From a virus (Duplodnaviria; Caudoviricetes), in IMG/VR virus record IMGVR_UViG_3300034171_000062, positions 106,558-170,557 of that record: a stretch of 64,000 bases of DNA. The stretch is one strand, 5' to 3'. Below are positions 9,842-19,763 of this stretch, piece by piece. Each line of letters starts with the position of its first letter. The first letter of the stretch is position 1. The translations under genes were made by a program, and so were the position numbers. Below the pieces are notes generated by a model. The model did not search any database, was not told the origin of the DNA, and worked only from the letters and a program-made list of their open reading frames with translations.

Positions 9842-10296
9842 CTCAGATAGACCACTTGCAGGATGGGGTCTCGCACATCAACGTGGCCCCCAGCGGGAAG
9901 ACCGAACTTGGTCGGCTTCTTTATATCGGTGCTCTTCGACCGTTCGTTGATTCGCAGCATGGCTACTTTGCCAGCGTCGTGGCCTTCTGGGTCTGGTACG
10001 ACAGCGGTCAAAACGATTCGTTGCGAGAGATCCATCACGACAACATGATCCGATCCAGCTTCAGCGGATTACCGGATCGCCCAGGTAACCGAAGCGAAGT
10101 CATTGAAGTGCTTCGTCGCAGTATTGACCAAGACGTAAAGGTACGAGAGCTGCTCGTATCCTCGACGTTACCGTTCGTGGCGTATGAGACGATAAGTTAC
10201 GGCCACCGGTCTACCCCCGTTAATTATGAGTTGACGGATCGACGTTGGTACGTGGACGCACTTGAGTCTATTCGACAGCAATTGTTGTCAGCGTGA
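9838..10296 (+). CDS. NADAR/T4 gp30.3-like protein (divergent)
   Basis: HINV..SGKTELGRLL and GYFASVVAFWVWY resemble phage NADAR-like proteins. Confidence 0.45.
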   Translation: MTQIDHLQDGVSHINVAPSGKTELGRLLYIGALRPFVDSQHGYFASVVAFWVWYDSGQNDSLREIHHDNMIRSSFSGLPDRPGNRSEVIEVLRRSIDQDVKVRELLVSSTLPFVAYETISYGHRSTPVNYELTDRRWYVDALESIRQQLLSA

Positions 10297-10301
10297 GGTC
10301 T

Positions 10302-10329
10302 AGGGGAGGCTTCGGCCTCCCTTATGCCG
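10302..10329 (+). terminator. Hairpin followed by TTATGCCG
   Basis: AGGGGAGGC-TTCG-GCCTCCCCT-TATGCCG. Confidence 0.75.
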
Positions 10330-10396
10330 CCGCTATTTTATGAGACACATTATTTTTTGTCCAACCGCAAGCTGGATGTAATCAACGAGGTGAGCT

Positions 10397-11650
10397 ATGA
10401 TTCGGGTTAACAGTCAAGGCGCCCGGGCACTGGGTACGGGTAAGAACGTCAGTGGGGCGGCAAGTACGTTTGTCAGTGAAGGACCGAAAGACAAACTGGC
10501 TGCTGTGGACGCGTATCAGGGTCCCTTACCGAGCGACGCGCCGTACAATCCATCGTCGGGAGAATGTAGAGACTGCACAGCGACTGAAGAAGCGTCCTCA
10601 GGCCGCGTTGGTGGCGGTAACGAGAACGTTACTAGCGATGGTATCACTTCTAGACTAAATGCCTCTGGTGGCACCTCAGACCGGGTAACGGCGACCCTCT
10701 GGGAAGCGTTGCTTTGTGGCAGTTTAGATCCCAACGCCGAATCGGGTGGTGTCAGACGTTCGCGCATGGGGCGTACTGCGCTTTGGATGCGATCGACTGG
10801 CTGTGGGGCGGAAGATCTGGTGGACTTGTTGGCGGTCCGCGGTGGGCGCGCGGGTATTGATCGAGTCGAATTGAAACGTCGAATGGACGCGGCCTTGGAT
10901 AACTCCATCGCTGTCTTAGACGAAGAAGAGCGCGACAACCTGATCGACATGCTTGCAGAAACCACGGGCAGCGACGCGGACGTAATTCGTGCGTCTATGA
11001 ACGCGGGCGAGTCGGTAACCGAGATCTCAGGAGACCGCCAAACTGAGGTTCGGAGTTTCTCCGAGTTCGTCAGTCAATACACTGGGGTACCAGAACTGAT
11101 CCAGGTCTTTGACTTGGGGGCCGAGACTGCGATCCTAGATTCTTTGTTAAGTAAATCTATCGATTTGGGTCTTCCGCAAGCCTGGCAAGCGATCATAGAC
11201 CAGATCGACGACGATAAGATCAAGACCACACGGGCACTGAGGAGTTTGCGGCAAGCGGCGATACTCAGCGACCTTACGACGGTGCGCAGCATCGTTGACC
11301 GCGCCGGCGCGTCCCGGTCGTTAGCAGAAGTGCCGGAGCTGGTGCCACTCATCAATCGGTTTTACACTTGGGGGTCGAAAACACCGACCAGCGAGTACGG
11401 CAAGAAGCGGGATGAACTGATCTCCACTCTGGACAGCATCAATCCGAATTGGGCCAGAAAGCGCCGCGGGGACGATTGGGTCGACGATCTGGAACCGTTC
11501 AACAGTGCCAGTGGTCAAGCATTGACTTTGTTAAAGCAGTCGGACTACGCCGTGCAAGCAATGATCGCCCAACCTTACCCTAAAAGCAATTACCAAACCG
11601 TGGCTCGAAAGTACAACCCGTGGGCCATTGATTTCTCCACAACGGCATAA
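10397..11650 (+). CDS. Putative virion structural protein
   Basis: 417 aa; GAGGTG RBS; upstream TTTTATG; beside tail genes. Confidence 0.5.
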   Translation: MIRVNSQGARALGTGKNVSGAASTFVSEGPKDKLAAVDAYQGPLPSDAPYNPSSGECRDCTATEEASSGRVGGGNENVTSDGITSRLNASGGTSDRVTATLWEALLCGSLDPNAESGGVRRSRMGRTALWMRSTGCGAEDLVDLLAVRGGRAGIDRVELKRRMDAALDNSIAVLDEEERDNLIDMLAETTGSDADVIRASMNAGESVTEISGDRQTEVRSFSEFVSQYTGVPELIQVFDLGAETAILDSLLSKSIDLGLPQAWQAIIDQIDDDKIKTTRALRSLRQAAILSDLTTVRSIVDRAGASRSLAEVPELVPLINRFYTWGSKTPTSEYGKKRDELISTLDSINPNWARKRRGDDWVDDLEPFNSASGQALTLLKQSDYAVQAMIAQPYPKSNYQTVARKYNPWAIDFSTTA

Positions 11651-11690
11651 GAGAGAGAGGGGCAGTGCCCCTCTCTCTTACTTTTTTTTT
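11643..11690. terminator. CGGCATA-flanked bidirectional terminator
   Basis: AGAGAGGGGCA-G-TGCCCCTCTCT followed by a T9 tract. Confidence 0.8.
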
Positions 11691-11699
11691 GCCTTTGGA

Positions 11700-13670
11700 T
11701 TATCGAGACGTCTCACGGGCGAATGCACTAATGACCTGACCAGGCATGGTGTTTGCTGCCCACATGCCATACTTCGCGGGGCTAGTCCAGGACTTCCACT
11801 CCGCCATCTTCCTAGTCATCGACAACCTTAACCGTGAGCCTACGTACAACTGATCCGACAACGACAAGCTACCCAACACGGCCAAGTAGTCCCCGTAAGC
11901 AGTGTCTTCGTCGAAGATTCCAGGCGATGCGTTGAGCGGCATGTGTAGGATACTGGAGAGATCCATCACACTGAACGTAACGTCGATGCCTAGAGGTTCT
12001 TGATTGCGGGTCCAACCGAGGTTACCGACCCCACGAGTGATCTGCAACGAATCGATGATCCCTAAGCGAACCTGCTGACGACCTTTATCGTAAATCTCCA
12101 CCAAGAACGGCGAGTCATACGAATGTTTGCCTACCGACTTCGGTAAGGCACCGGCCAGAATCATACTCAAGGGAACGTATAGATTCATGTACCGAGACAT
12201 CTTGTTACCGTACGGACTGCGCAGGTGCATGGTGTACGTGGATTTAGGTAGTTCGGCACTAGAGTCCTTCCATTCCTGAGGGATGTCGACAAACGCATTG
12301 CCCATCAAGGCACCCAATCCACTGATCGACAGAGACTCCGCCGCCCCCTCGGCAAACGCCTTGGCGGAATTCAATACTCCACCGACCAGATCGCCTACAA
12401 CACCGCCCCCAAGATTCCCGTTGGCGAAACTAAACCGGGCAGCACGGGCGCCGGATGAGACACCGTTCAACTTTCCAGCCAACTGAGATTCACCGGCTGA
12501 GTTACTGAACGATTCACCCACGTCGCCTGTGTGGTTGACTCGGAACGTCGCAAACTGACCACCGTCTCGAATCTCTGCAATGGCAAAGTCAACAAAGCTA
12601 GACCACCAGCCACCTTCGGCGTTGTTAGACTCCTCGTCGAATACCCCTTTCTCCATCCCAGACTCAGAGTCACCTTTTGGAGGCGTGGCCAGTTCCTGAT
12701 TCGCCCAATGAGCTAAGTAGGTTTGAATGCCTGGCTGTAGGGACTTTCCTGGTACATTGGGAAAGGCGGACCCTGGGGTACTCACCGACTCTTCGGTGTA
12801 ATCGACCATAGCTTGACGCAATTCTTCTGCTGTCCCGGCCGCCTCCGCTACGGCAATGGCTCGTTCCCGGGCTCTGTCGGCCAGACGTTGTCCTCGGTTG
12901 GCCACGGCGTAGATGTCGATGCCTCCGTCTTCTCGGAAGATGTCTGGGAGCATGTCGTGATACCGACGAATGTCTTCAGGTCCGTACTCTGGACTGTCGT
13001 TGACGATCTCACCGGCGTTGTACACCTTCGCTTTCTCACCGTCCTTCACTTCGGGTCGTTCGGGATCGGATTGGTTTGCGTTGGTCGCGAACACTCGAGG
13101 TATGATGCCCATGTTCACCGCGATGCCGTTGGCGATGGTGTTGACGGCGTTCCAATACAGCGGCATCGTCGGTTTCATGTAATAGAACTTGCTGGATGGC
13201 TTACGAGCCAAGTACCGATAGATTCGCCCCGCCATCAATAGCGGCATCATCGGTAAGGTCACGACAAACCCAGCCGTGCGACCTAGGTTGTAGAAGAACC
13301 CGGGAGAACGACCCGTGCGAGACAAGATAGACGCACTGGAGTCGTAGAAGCCGGTGAAGAATGAGGTCAGTGAGTTAAACTGAGGTACGCCGAAGCGCAT
13401 GTGAATAAGTTGACCGTTGTCGTCGATCATTTCGCTGTACTTACGTCCCATACCTTTTGACTGGGCATATTTACCTCGGACTTTAAGGTCCGCGGTGCTG
13501 GTAAATTGGGGGGGTGGATTAATGGCAAAGTTGCCACCTAACGTGGTGTCGGTAAACTTACGTGCCGCGCTGGTTAGCTGACCGCGCTGCGCTGCTAGTA
13601 GATCCGCCGCGTGAGTTGGGATCATGAAACTGGTCTTGACCCACTGTCGGTCTTCGTTGATCTCTGCCAT
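11700..13670 (-). CDS. Tail/baseplate-associated virion protein (phiKZ gp182-like)
   Basis: 656 aa; KFTDTTLGGN..INPPPQF and LRSPYGN motifs; directly downstream of the giant tail gene. Confidence 0.6.
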   Translation of the reverse strand: MAEINEDRQWVKTSFMIPTHAADLLAAQRGQLTSAARKFTDTTLGGNFAINPPPQFTSTADLKVRGKYAQSKGMGRKYSEMIDDNGQLIHMRFGVPQFNSLTSFFTGFYDSSASILSRTGRSPGFFYNLGRTAGFVVTLPMMPLLMAGRIYRYLARKPSSKFYYMKPTMPLYWNAVNTIANGIAVNMGIIPRVFATNANQSDPERPEVKDGEKAKVYNAGEIVNDSPEYGPEDIRRYHDMLPDIFREDGGIDIYAVANRGQRLADRARERAIAVAEAAGTAEELRQAMVDYTEESVSTPGSAFPNVPGKSLQPGIQTYLAHWANQELATPPKGDSESGMEKGVFDEESNNAEGGWWSSFVDFAIAEIRDGGQFATFRVNHTGDVGESFSNSAGESQLAGKLNGVSSGARAARFSFANGNLGGGVVGDLVGGVLNSAKAFAEGAAESLSISGLGALMGNAFVDIPQEWKDSSAELPKSTYTMHLRSPYGNKMSRYMNLYVPLSMILAGALPKSVGKHSYDSPFLVEIYDKGRQQVRLGIIDSLQITRGVGNLGWTRNQEPLGIDVTFSVMDLSSILHMPLNASPGIFDEDTAYGDYLAVLGSLSLSDQLYVGSRLRLSMTRKMAEWKSWTSPAKYGMWAANTMPGQVISAFARETSR

Positions 13671-13685
13671 GCTTTACTCCCGATG

Positions 13686-13718
13686 GAAAAAAGGCTGTGG
13701 GCCCGAAGACCCACAACT
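13686..13718 (-). terminator. Intrinsic terminator between the gp181-like and gp182-like genes
   Basis: Minus strand reads TGTGGGTC-TTCG-GGCCCACA then GCCTTTTTT. Confidence 0.6.
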
Positions 13719-13722
13719 TCGC

Positions 13723-16700
13723 TTAATTGCGACGCAACCTGAGACCCGCTGGGGGAATCGTTTTCCGGTCTCCGTCACCCCCAGTCCAATTGCTAGAAGA
13801 ACGGTCGCTGGCCGTGGTTCCTCGACGTTGACGATCTTCTTCGTCTTCACGCAACTTCGAGAAATACGCGTCTATGTTCTTTAACGATGTATCCATACTG
13901 ACTTGGGTTGTGTGACTGGCCGACAGAATCGACGCCACTCGTTGCATCTCAGACACCATCCGTGTGGACGCCGCCGCTGACTGCACTGCCGTTTGACGGG
14001 CAACCTTTTCCTGTTTTACTCGTTGCGATTCAACTCGATCCGTCGCCTCCTGAGCCCCGGGCGTTTGACGCCCTTGTATCACCGCCGCACTTTCCGCTGC
14101 CAGACGCTGTTCCTCCGTCGGGATCTCCGACATAGACACAGGTCCGGTTGACCGATTAATAGCGCCGGATTGGACGCTGTTTATCGCCACAGCACTGCCG
14201 TTAGCGGCCAGCAAGGAGGGCCTCTGCGGTGAACGCATGGGTCGACCATTTAAGGCTTGCTGAGAAGTCACCGACATGACCTTCTGAGTCTGAGATGGGT
14301 TTGGACCGGTGCTGACATCGGGCAATATACTTGGGGTTCTCCCATTGGATCGCTCAATCTCAGCCTCAGCGGCTTCGTCCATCTGCTGTCCCTTAGTAGC
14401 CGGTGGCAACGTCTTCAATGCTTTAGTCAGTTCCATTTCGACTTTAGCATCGCCTGGCAGGGCGTCCATATCCTCGAATGGGGAAACACTGCCGTACGGC
14501 TTTTGATTGCCTTTGAACTGGGTCCGACGAAGGTAGGTGCGCTTTAACGCATCGTCCATGTCCTCGGTGTCTGTCAGGTCAGACGAGTCGATCATGTCTT
14601 TGGCCACAACTGCGTGACTCAGATAGACCGGCTTGAACCTTTCTTGAAACCAGGTTAACCACCGACTAACCGCAACTTCGTCGTCGGTATCAACGCCAAA
14701 GTCATCGATGGCTTCCTCAAGATCAATTCCGCTACCCAAACTGGCCAGGCGCTTTCCATCGAATTGAACTTGATCGCCCATGGCTTCTTCGAGACCTGAT
14801 ATTTTCCCAACGTGATCCTTGTTGTCGGGGTCCGCGCCGTATTGGGCTAAGCGCACTCTGTGTAAGGGCCCGTCTGGCTTCCGCGCAAAGTGTTGGTACG
14901 CAAAGTACGCACCGACACCTACAGCTGCTACGGCCGCTCCAGCCAAAAGCACAGGAGCACTAACTATGCCTGCAATGGCAGTCCCCAGCCCAGCCAAAAG
15001 GCCTCCAGCAGCACTGGCGGCTGTTCCAGCAGCTGCCGCAATACCCGGTATCGCCGCAGCAGCGGTTGGAATCGCAAAACGAGCAGCGGTTCCTAGGCCA
15101 CGAATGGCCTTACCTCCCATCGACTTGATGCCCTGAAACATCCGACCCATCCGACCTCTAGGTCTCCGCCGCGGCCGCGGTCCCCGACGCTCACCGCCGC
15201 CGATGTCTATATCGGCGCCCACGTCAAGTCCAAGACCTCCTCCTTCGCCTTCACCGCCGCCCAGACCAAACATCTTCTTCAACATCCCACCCAGACCGCC
15301 TCCGGCAGCCGCCAAGGCCCCTTTACCAGCGATGCCACCCGATGGGGCAGGTAATGCCTTAGGGGTGTCTCCGTAGAGCTGTGAGCGCCAGCCGCCTTTA
15401 CGCAATGGTTTCTTTAAGCGGTCGTCGAGCAGGTCACGGATCTCCTGTAGCAACTGTGTCTGCTTTTTACCGCCGCCACCGCCGCTTTCGCCCTTCTTCC
15501 CAACTCCGGGAATCAAACTTGCCGCGCCTTTCAATACCCGTCCGGTGGCTTTCCAAGTTCCAGTGACGTATTTGGAAACGCCTTTCACGGTTCCAGTGGC
15601 CAACCGTCCTGCTCCTTTCAACAGACCTTTAATCGCCCGACCCCGATTGTCCGTGAGGCCCAACCGCATGTCTTCTAAGGTCAGTACCACGTTCCCTTGG
15701 CGATCCACCACGGCACCATCAATGTCTTTAATGGAGCGAATGACTTTCCCAGCGGCCTGAGACAGGTACCCGTTGTTCTTCATCACCACGGCCATCAAAC
15801 GCGGAGTCTGCTCACCCTTTACATACACGTCTCGGGGTTTGTTCATCCAGTTCTTACCGATGTCAAGGACCTTCTTTGCCCCGCCGAAAGCCAATCGATA
15901 CGGCGACGTCATGTAACTGGTCAGGCCTCCAACAACGCTGCCCAACCGATCCATTACAGACTTTCCTTCGCCGTTGACCAGCAGTCCTTCGTCGATGTCG
16001 TATTCGCTGATGACCACATCACCGTTACTATCTACGACGGGTCCTGTGATTTCATCGAGGCGTTGGACCACGTCTCCCGACTCTTGATCGAAGTAACGAC
16101 CGGCCCTCAGGTCACGAGCCAACATGGCTGGGCGCTTGTGTCCCTTGATGTAGATGTCCATGATACCATCGCCTTGCTGTCCCTTTCCTTGGAACATCTT
16201 CCCAGCGAGGTTACGCAACATCCCCGTTCCACCGGCGGCCAAGTTTCCAGCCGACTTCCAGATCCCGCCGTAGAAACTCATGATGCCACCCAAACCACTG
16301 GCGGCTCCCCGACCCAATCGTTTCAACATCCCAGGATCGTTACTGTCCCCTGCCATCTGAGCCAAGGTCAAGTTTTCCAGGGTTTCTTGCAGCTGTTCGG
16401 TCTTGCGGTCCATGTGCGTTAAGATTTCCTGGACCAGCCCACGAGCCCGAGTCCAATAGTCGTCACCACCGCCTGACTCATCCACGTCGCCTGCTGCCCC
16501 GCCCGTTGGGGCAGATTCAACCGTAGTGGCCAATCGGTCACGTACCCGATCAACGACCTTGCCAAGGAAGTCCTGACTCAGGGTTGACGTCTGCTCTGTC
16601 TTGTCGCTGAGTTGAGTCATCATATCAGCGGACCGAGACCGTACTCTCTCTCCAAGGTCTTGCGTGCGTCCTAACATGTCGCTTAGAGTAGATTGGGTTC

Positions 16701-19700
16701 GATCGCTGAGGTTTCCTGCCCCGGCCTTTAAGGCAGACAACTTACCGCCCACCGAACTTTGAACCGACCCTGCGTCGGGTAACTTGCCTTCAAGGTAGGT
16801 CACCACATCGCGAACGGCTTGACTGTAGCGTGGGTCGTTGATGGCTTCTCGTCCTTGTGGGAGAGAAGATCGAACGTCGTCCGATTCAATCCGATTAGAT
16901 CGAGTCATGCTGTCACCCAGACTTGACAGTCGGTTCGACAGATCGTCACCTACCCCTTGACGGCGATCGGACATGCTGCTGACTGAACTGCGGGTACTTT
17001 CTGTAAACTGAGTCCCAAGAGTACCGCTGTCGCCTCCGTTGCCGGTGAATCCATCACCCGAGGCCATCTGAAGACCGAGACTACCTTCTTGTGCTCGGGT
17101 TCTCTGAGTCTCCATCCGTTGGCGATACGCCGCCATGGAAGTCACGCCGTTTTCTTTTAACTCGGACATGGACTCCCGTAGCGACCCACTCTGATTACGA
17201 TTCCACCGTGACTTGCGTTGAGTGGACTGTTGATTGAACTGGGGGATGGGGCGTGCCCACCGAGACTTAGAGAAGTCTTTTGGTGGACCGTCCTGAGGTC
17301 CGGAGGGACCGCCTGAAGGTCCGTCTGGACCACCCAAAGCGTTGCGCAAGAGTTCGTAGATGTCTTTCAACCACTGCCCGTTCAATTCCAAATGTTTCAA
17401 GGGATTGATTTTAGCAATGGCGTCTAGGACATTGGCGAACTGTCGTCTGGGGTCGACGCTTTGTTGAACATCCACAAATCGTTCCAGAATCCCCACAACT
17501 CGATCGAGCCCCCCAGAATCAACGCCAGCGTCGCCACCAGTACGGTCACGCCCAGCCGACATATCCGATTGAGTCGTATCTGGGCCGAACGCACGACGTG
17601 GGTCAGATACTGCATCGGATGACCCTCCTTCCTCTGAAGTCGGCGATGGTGACTCGCCTGTATTAATGTAGTCCAAAATGTTGGACACGTTAGCGCGGGT
17701 TTCACCGGCCCGGTCTTCTTGCTCTATCAGCCCCGCTTCTCGAAGGGTTCTGGCGCCGTACAACGGCATCAGTTTCCCTATGGTTTCTTGATAACTGGGG
17801 ATGTCATCTTTCGCAGAGTTGTACACTCTGGCCGAGGCGTTCCTAGCCGATGTGGCTTTCGTATCGTGCTTGCGGAACTTGCCGTCTTCCCGCAGGAACC
17901 GTCCTTTGATCAGATTCCGAATCGCAACCAGGTCTTCTTCGTCTTCCACTTCGGACAGACCTTGAGGACTGAAGTAACGTTCCGGATCAAACCGGCGGTT
18001 CTTTGAGGCGTCGGTCAACAACTGCCGCGTAAACGCCAGTCGTGCACTTTCAGGCAATTCGTCCTGGGTGTCAAGTTTATCCACAATCGATGTCAGATCG
18101 TCCCGGATGCTGGCCATGCGACCCGCGGGCAAAGTCCGCTCAACCAACTTCTTTTGCACCTCGGATTGACGCCGAACTTCCCCAGACTCGTAATCGTACA
18201 CTCGACGATCCAAGGTAGGGTCCTGAGTCCGCATCATCTCAGTTTCGTGCAAGAGGTCCGTCAACAGCCCTGGGATGATTTCAGTGATGGACTTATCGGC
18301 CAGGCTGGTGTAGACCCCTGCTTCTTCCGCTAAGTCACTGGCGTCCCGACCATAGGTAGCTTCTGGCGATTGACCTGGCATCAAACCCAAGGCCATTTCT
18401 GCTAGAGACGCTTTGATTGAATCGCCTACGGTGGAGGTACCGTCTTCTCGATACTCTCGGTCTTTGAGATTGGTTAACCAGTCTCGGGCCATTTCCGATT
18501 TGTTGTCGGAATAGTACTCCAAGTTGTTACCTAACCGAGACACGGACTCGTTCTTCCCAAGTCGCATCCCCAACTTCTTGGCCAAGGCCGACATGCCATT
18601 CTCGGCAACCAACCCGCCGGCCACATCGCCGCCCAATTCGGCTCTGTCGATGGGGACGTCGCTCACCATGTCCAACGTATCGCTGGCACCGCGAACGCCC
18701 TCAGCGAAGTTTTGAGTCACCCCACTTAACTTATCTTTCAGTTTCTGCTGGAAGCCACCGGTTTTCTTTTCAACGAACCCACCGATTCGACCCAACGCCC
18801 GCTGGCGCAACATCGATGAGGCCGTCTCCGATGTCCGAATCTTCAAGAAGTCTGGTAAGGCCGAGTTCTTGGTGATCGCATCCAGTTGCTCATCGGTCTG
18901 CTTCACGTAACTTTGAAATAAGCTGTAATGATCCCGTGCAACGAAGAACTGTCTGTATTGAAGTTCTAAAGATTTGCGTTGATAGGATGCCGTGATACGA
19001 TCCTGGTAATCTACCAGACGTTCCACGCCTGAGCGCATCATGTTCAACAGATTGGTTTCGGTGCGGTACCGAGCCTCTCCAGTGGCCTCTTGACGGAGCT
19101 TGGTTTGTTCCTCCCGTTGGTCTCGGCGATACTGCAAGTCCAACTGCGCGCCTAAAATGTTCCGACCGCGAACCTCGCCCTTTAATCGGGCTTCCTGACT
19201 CGACCGGTTGCGTTCCGACTGTTCGGTCATGAAGTCGCCGAAGACTTCTTGCACGGCGGCGTTCATGGTTAACTTGTCGCGATCGACCTTTTCCAACACA
19301 TCAGTGCTGGAGTCTTCCGGCTTCGTCAGCTCTTCAAGTTTCTTTTGAATGGCTTCCGGAAGGATACTTTCCGTTTTACTGGCGACGTATCGCCCAATTT
19401 TCTTCAGGTCCCGCTTAACTGGGACGATGTTTTCCTTGGCCGTATCGTATAGCTCTTGACCGAGGTCAACCGACGACAGTGCATCCCCATACGCTTTACC
19501 GTAACCTTTGGGAAGCGCCCGATCAATCACTTGCCGGCGAGTATTGGAATTCAACGCGGTGCGTTTGACGCCCTCGTAAAAACCGCCGGTTATCCGTTCA
19601 ATTGGTTTTCTGTCTTTACCAGGATTCCCGTCGAGCATCGAATCATCAAAATCCGGTAGATCGAGCTCGTCGTCCAATTCTGACTTACTGAGATTTGGGT

Positions 19701-19713
19701 CTTTATCAGCCAT
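13723..19713 (-). CDS. Giant tail protein, tape-measure-like (phiKZ gp181-like)
   Basis: ~2000 aa; YQRKSLELQYRQ and SITEIIPGLL motifs; Ala/Gly hydrophobic segment; GGAG RBS before MADKDP; divergent from the gp180-like gene. Confidence 0.75.
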   Translation of the reverse strand: MADKDPNLSKSELDDELDLPDFDDSMLDGNPGKDRKPIERITGGFYEGVKRTALNSNTRRQVIDRALPKGYGKAYGDALSSVDLGQELYDTAKENIVPVKRDLKKIGRYVASKTESILPEAIQKKLEELTKPEDSSTDVLEKVDRDKLTMNAAVQEVFGDFMTEQSERNRSSQEARLKGEVRGRNILGAQLDLQYRRDQREEQTKLRQEATGEARYRTETNLLNMMRSGVERLVDYQDRITASYQRKSLELQYRQFFVARDHYSLFQSYVKQTDEQLDAITKNSALPDFLKIRTSETASSMLRQRALGRIGGFVEKKTGGFQQKLKDKLSGVTQNFAEGVRGASDTLDMVSDVPIDRAELGGDVAGGLVAENGMSALAKKLGMRLGKNESVSRLGNNLEYYSDNKSEMARDWLTNLKDREYREDGTSTVGDSIKASLAEMALGLMPGQSPEATYGRDASDLAEEAGVYTSLADKSITEIIPGLLTDLLHETEMMRTQDPTLDRRVYDYESGEVRRQSEVQKKLVERTLPAGRMASIRDDLTSIVDKLDTQDELPESARLAFTRQLLTDASKNRRFDPERYFSPQGLSEVEDEEDLVAIRNLIKGRFLREDGKFRKHDTKATSARNASARVYNSAKDDIPSYQETIGKLMPLYGARTLREAGLIEQEDRAGETRANVSNILDYINTGESPSPTSEEGGSSDAVSDPRRAFGPDTTQSDMSAGRDRTGGDAGVDSGGLDRVVGILERFVDVQQSVDPRRQFANVLDAIAKINPLKHLELNGQWLKDIYELLRNALGGPDGPSGGPSGPQDGPPKDFSKSRWARPIPQFNQQSTQRKSRWNRNQSGSLRESMSELKENGVTSMAAYRQRMETQRTRAQEGSLGLQMASGDGFTGNGGDSGTLGTQFTESTRSSVSSMSDRRQGVGDDLSNRLSSLGDSMTRSNRIESDDVRSSLPQGREAINDPRYSQAVRDVVTYLEGKLPDAGSVQSSVGGKLSALKAGAGNLSDRTQSTLSDMLGRTQDLGERVRSRSADMMTQLSDKTEQTSTLSQDFLGKVVDRVRDRLATTVESAPTGGAAGDVDESGGGDDYWTRARGLVQEILTHMDRKTEQLQETLENLTLAQMAGDSNDPGMLKRLGRGAASGLGGIMSFYGGIWKSAGNLAAGGTGMLRNLAGKMFQGKGQQGDGIMDIYIKGHKRPAMLARDLRAGRYFDQESGDVVQRLDEITGPVVDSNGDVVISEYDIDEGLLVNGEGKSVMDRLGSVVGGLTSYMTSPYRLAFGGAKKVLDIGKNWMNKPRDVYVKGEQTPRLMAVVMKNNGYLSQAAGKVIRSIKDIDGAVVDRQGNVVLTLEDMRLGLTDNRGRAIKGLLKGAGRLATGTVKGVSKYVTGTWKATGRVLKGAASLIPGVGKKGESGGGGGKKQTQLLQEIRDLLDDRLKKPLRKGGWRSQLYGDTPKALPAPSGGIAGKGALAAAGGGLGGMLKKMFGLGGGEGEGGGLGLDVGADIDIGGGERRGPRPRRRPRGRMGRMFQGIKSMGGKAIRGLGTAARFAIPTAAAAIPGIAAAAGTAASAAGGLLAGLGTAIAGIVSAPVLLAGAAVAAVGVGAYFAYQHFARKPDGPLHRVRLAQYGADPDNKDHVGKISGLEEAMGDQVQFDGKRLASLGSGIDLEEAIDDFGVDTDDEVAVSRWLTWFQERFKPVYLSHAVVAKDMIDSSDLTDTEDMDDALKRTYLRRTQFKGNQKPYGSVSPFEDMDALPGDAKVEMELTKALKTLPPATKGQQMDEAAEAEIERSNGRTPSILPDVSTGPNPSQTQKVMSVTSQQALNGRPMRSPQRPSLLAANGSAVAINSVQSGAINRSTGPVSMSEIPTEEQRLAAESAAVIQGRQTPGAQEATDRVESQRVKQEKVARQTAVQSAAASTRMVSEMQRVASILSASHTTQVSMDTSLKNIDAYFSKLREDEEDRQRRGTTASDRSSSNWTGGDGDRKTIPPAGLRLRRN

Positions 19714-19763
19714 GATCCCGCTCCTTTTAACTTGTCTCATAGGATTCCGAAGTGGTGACCACG

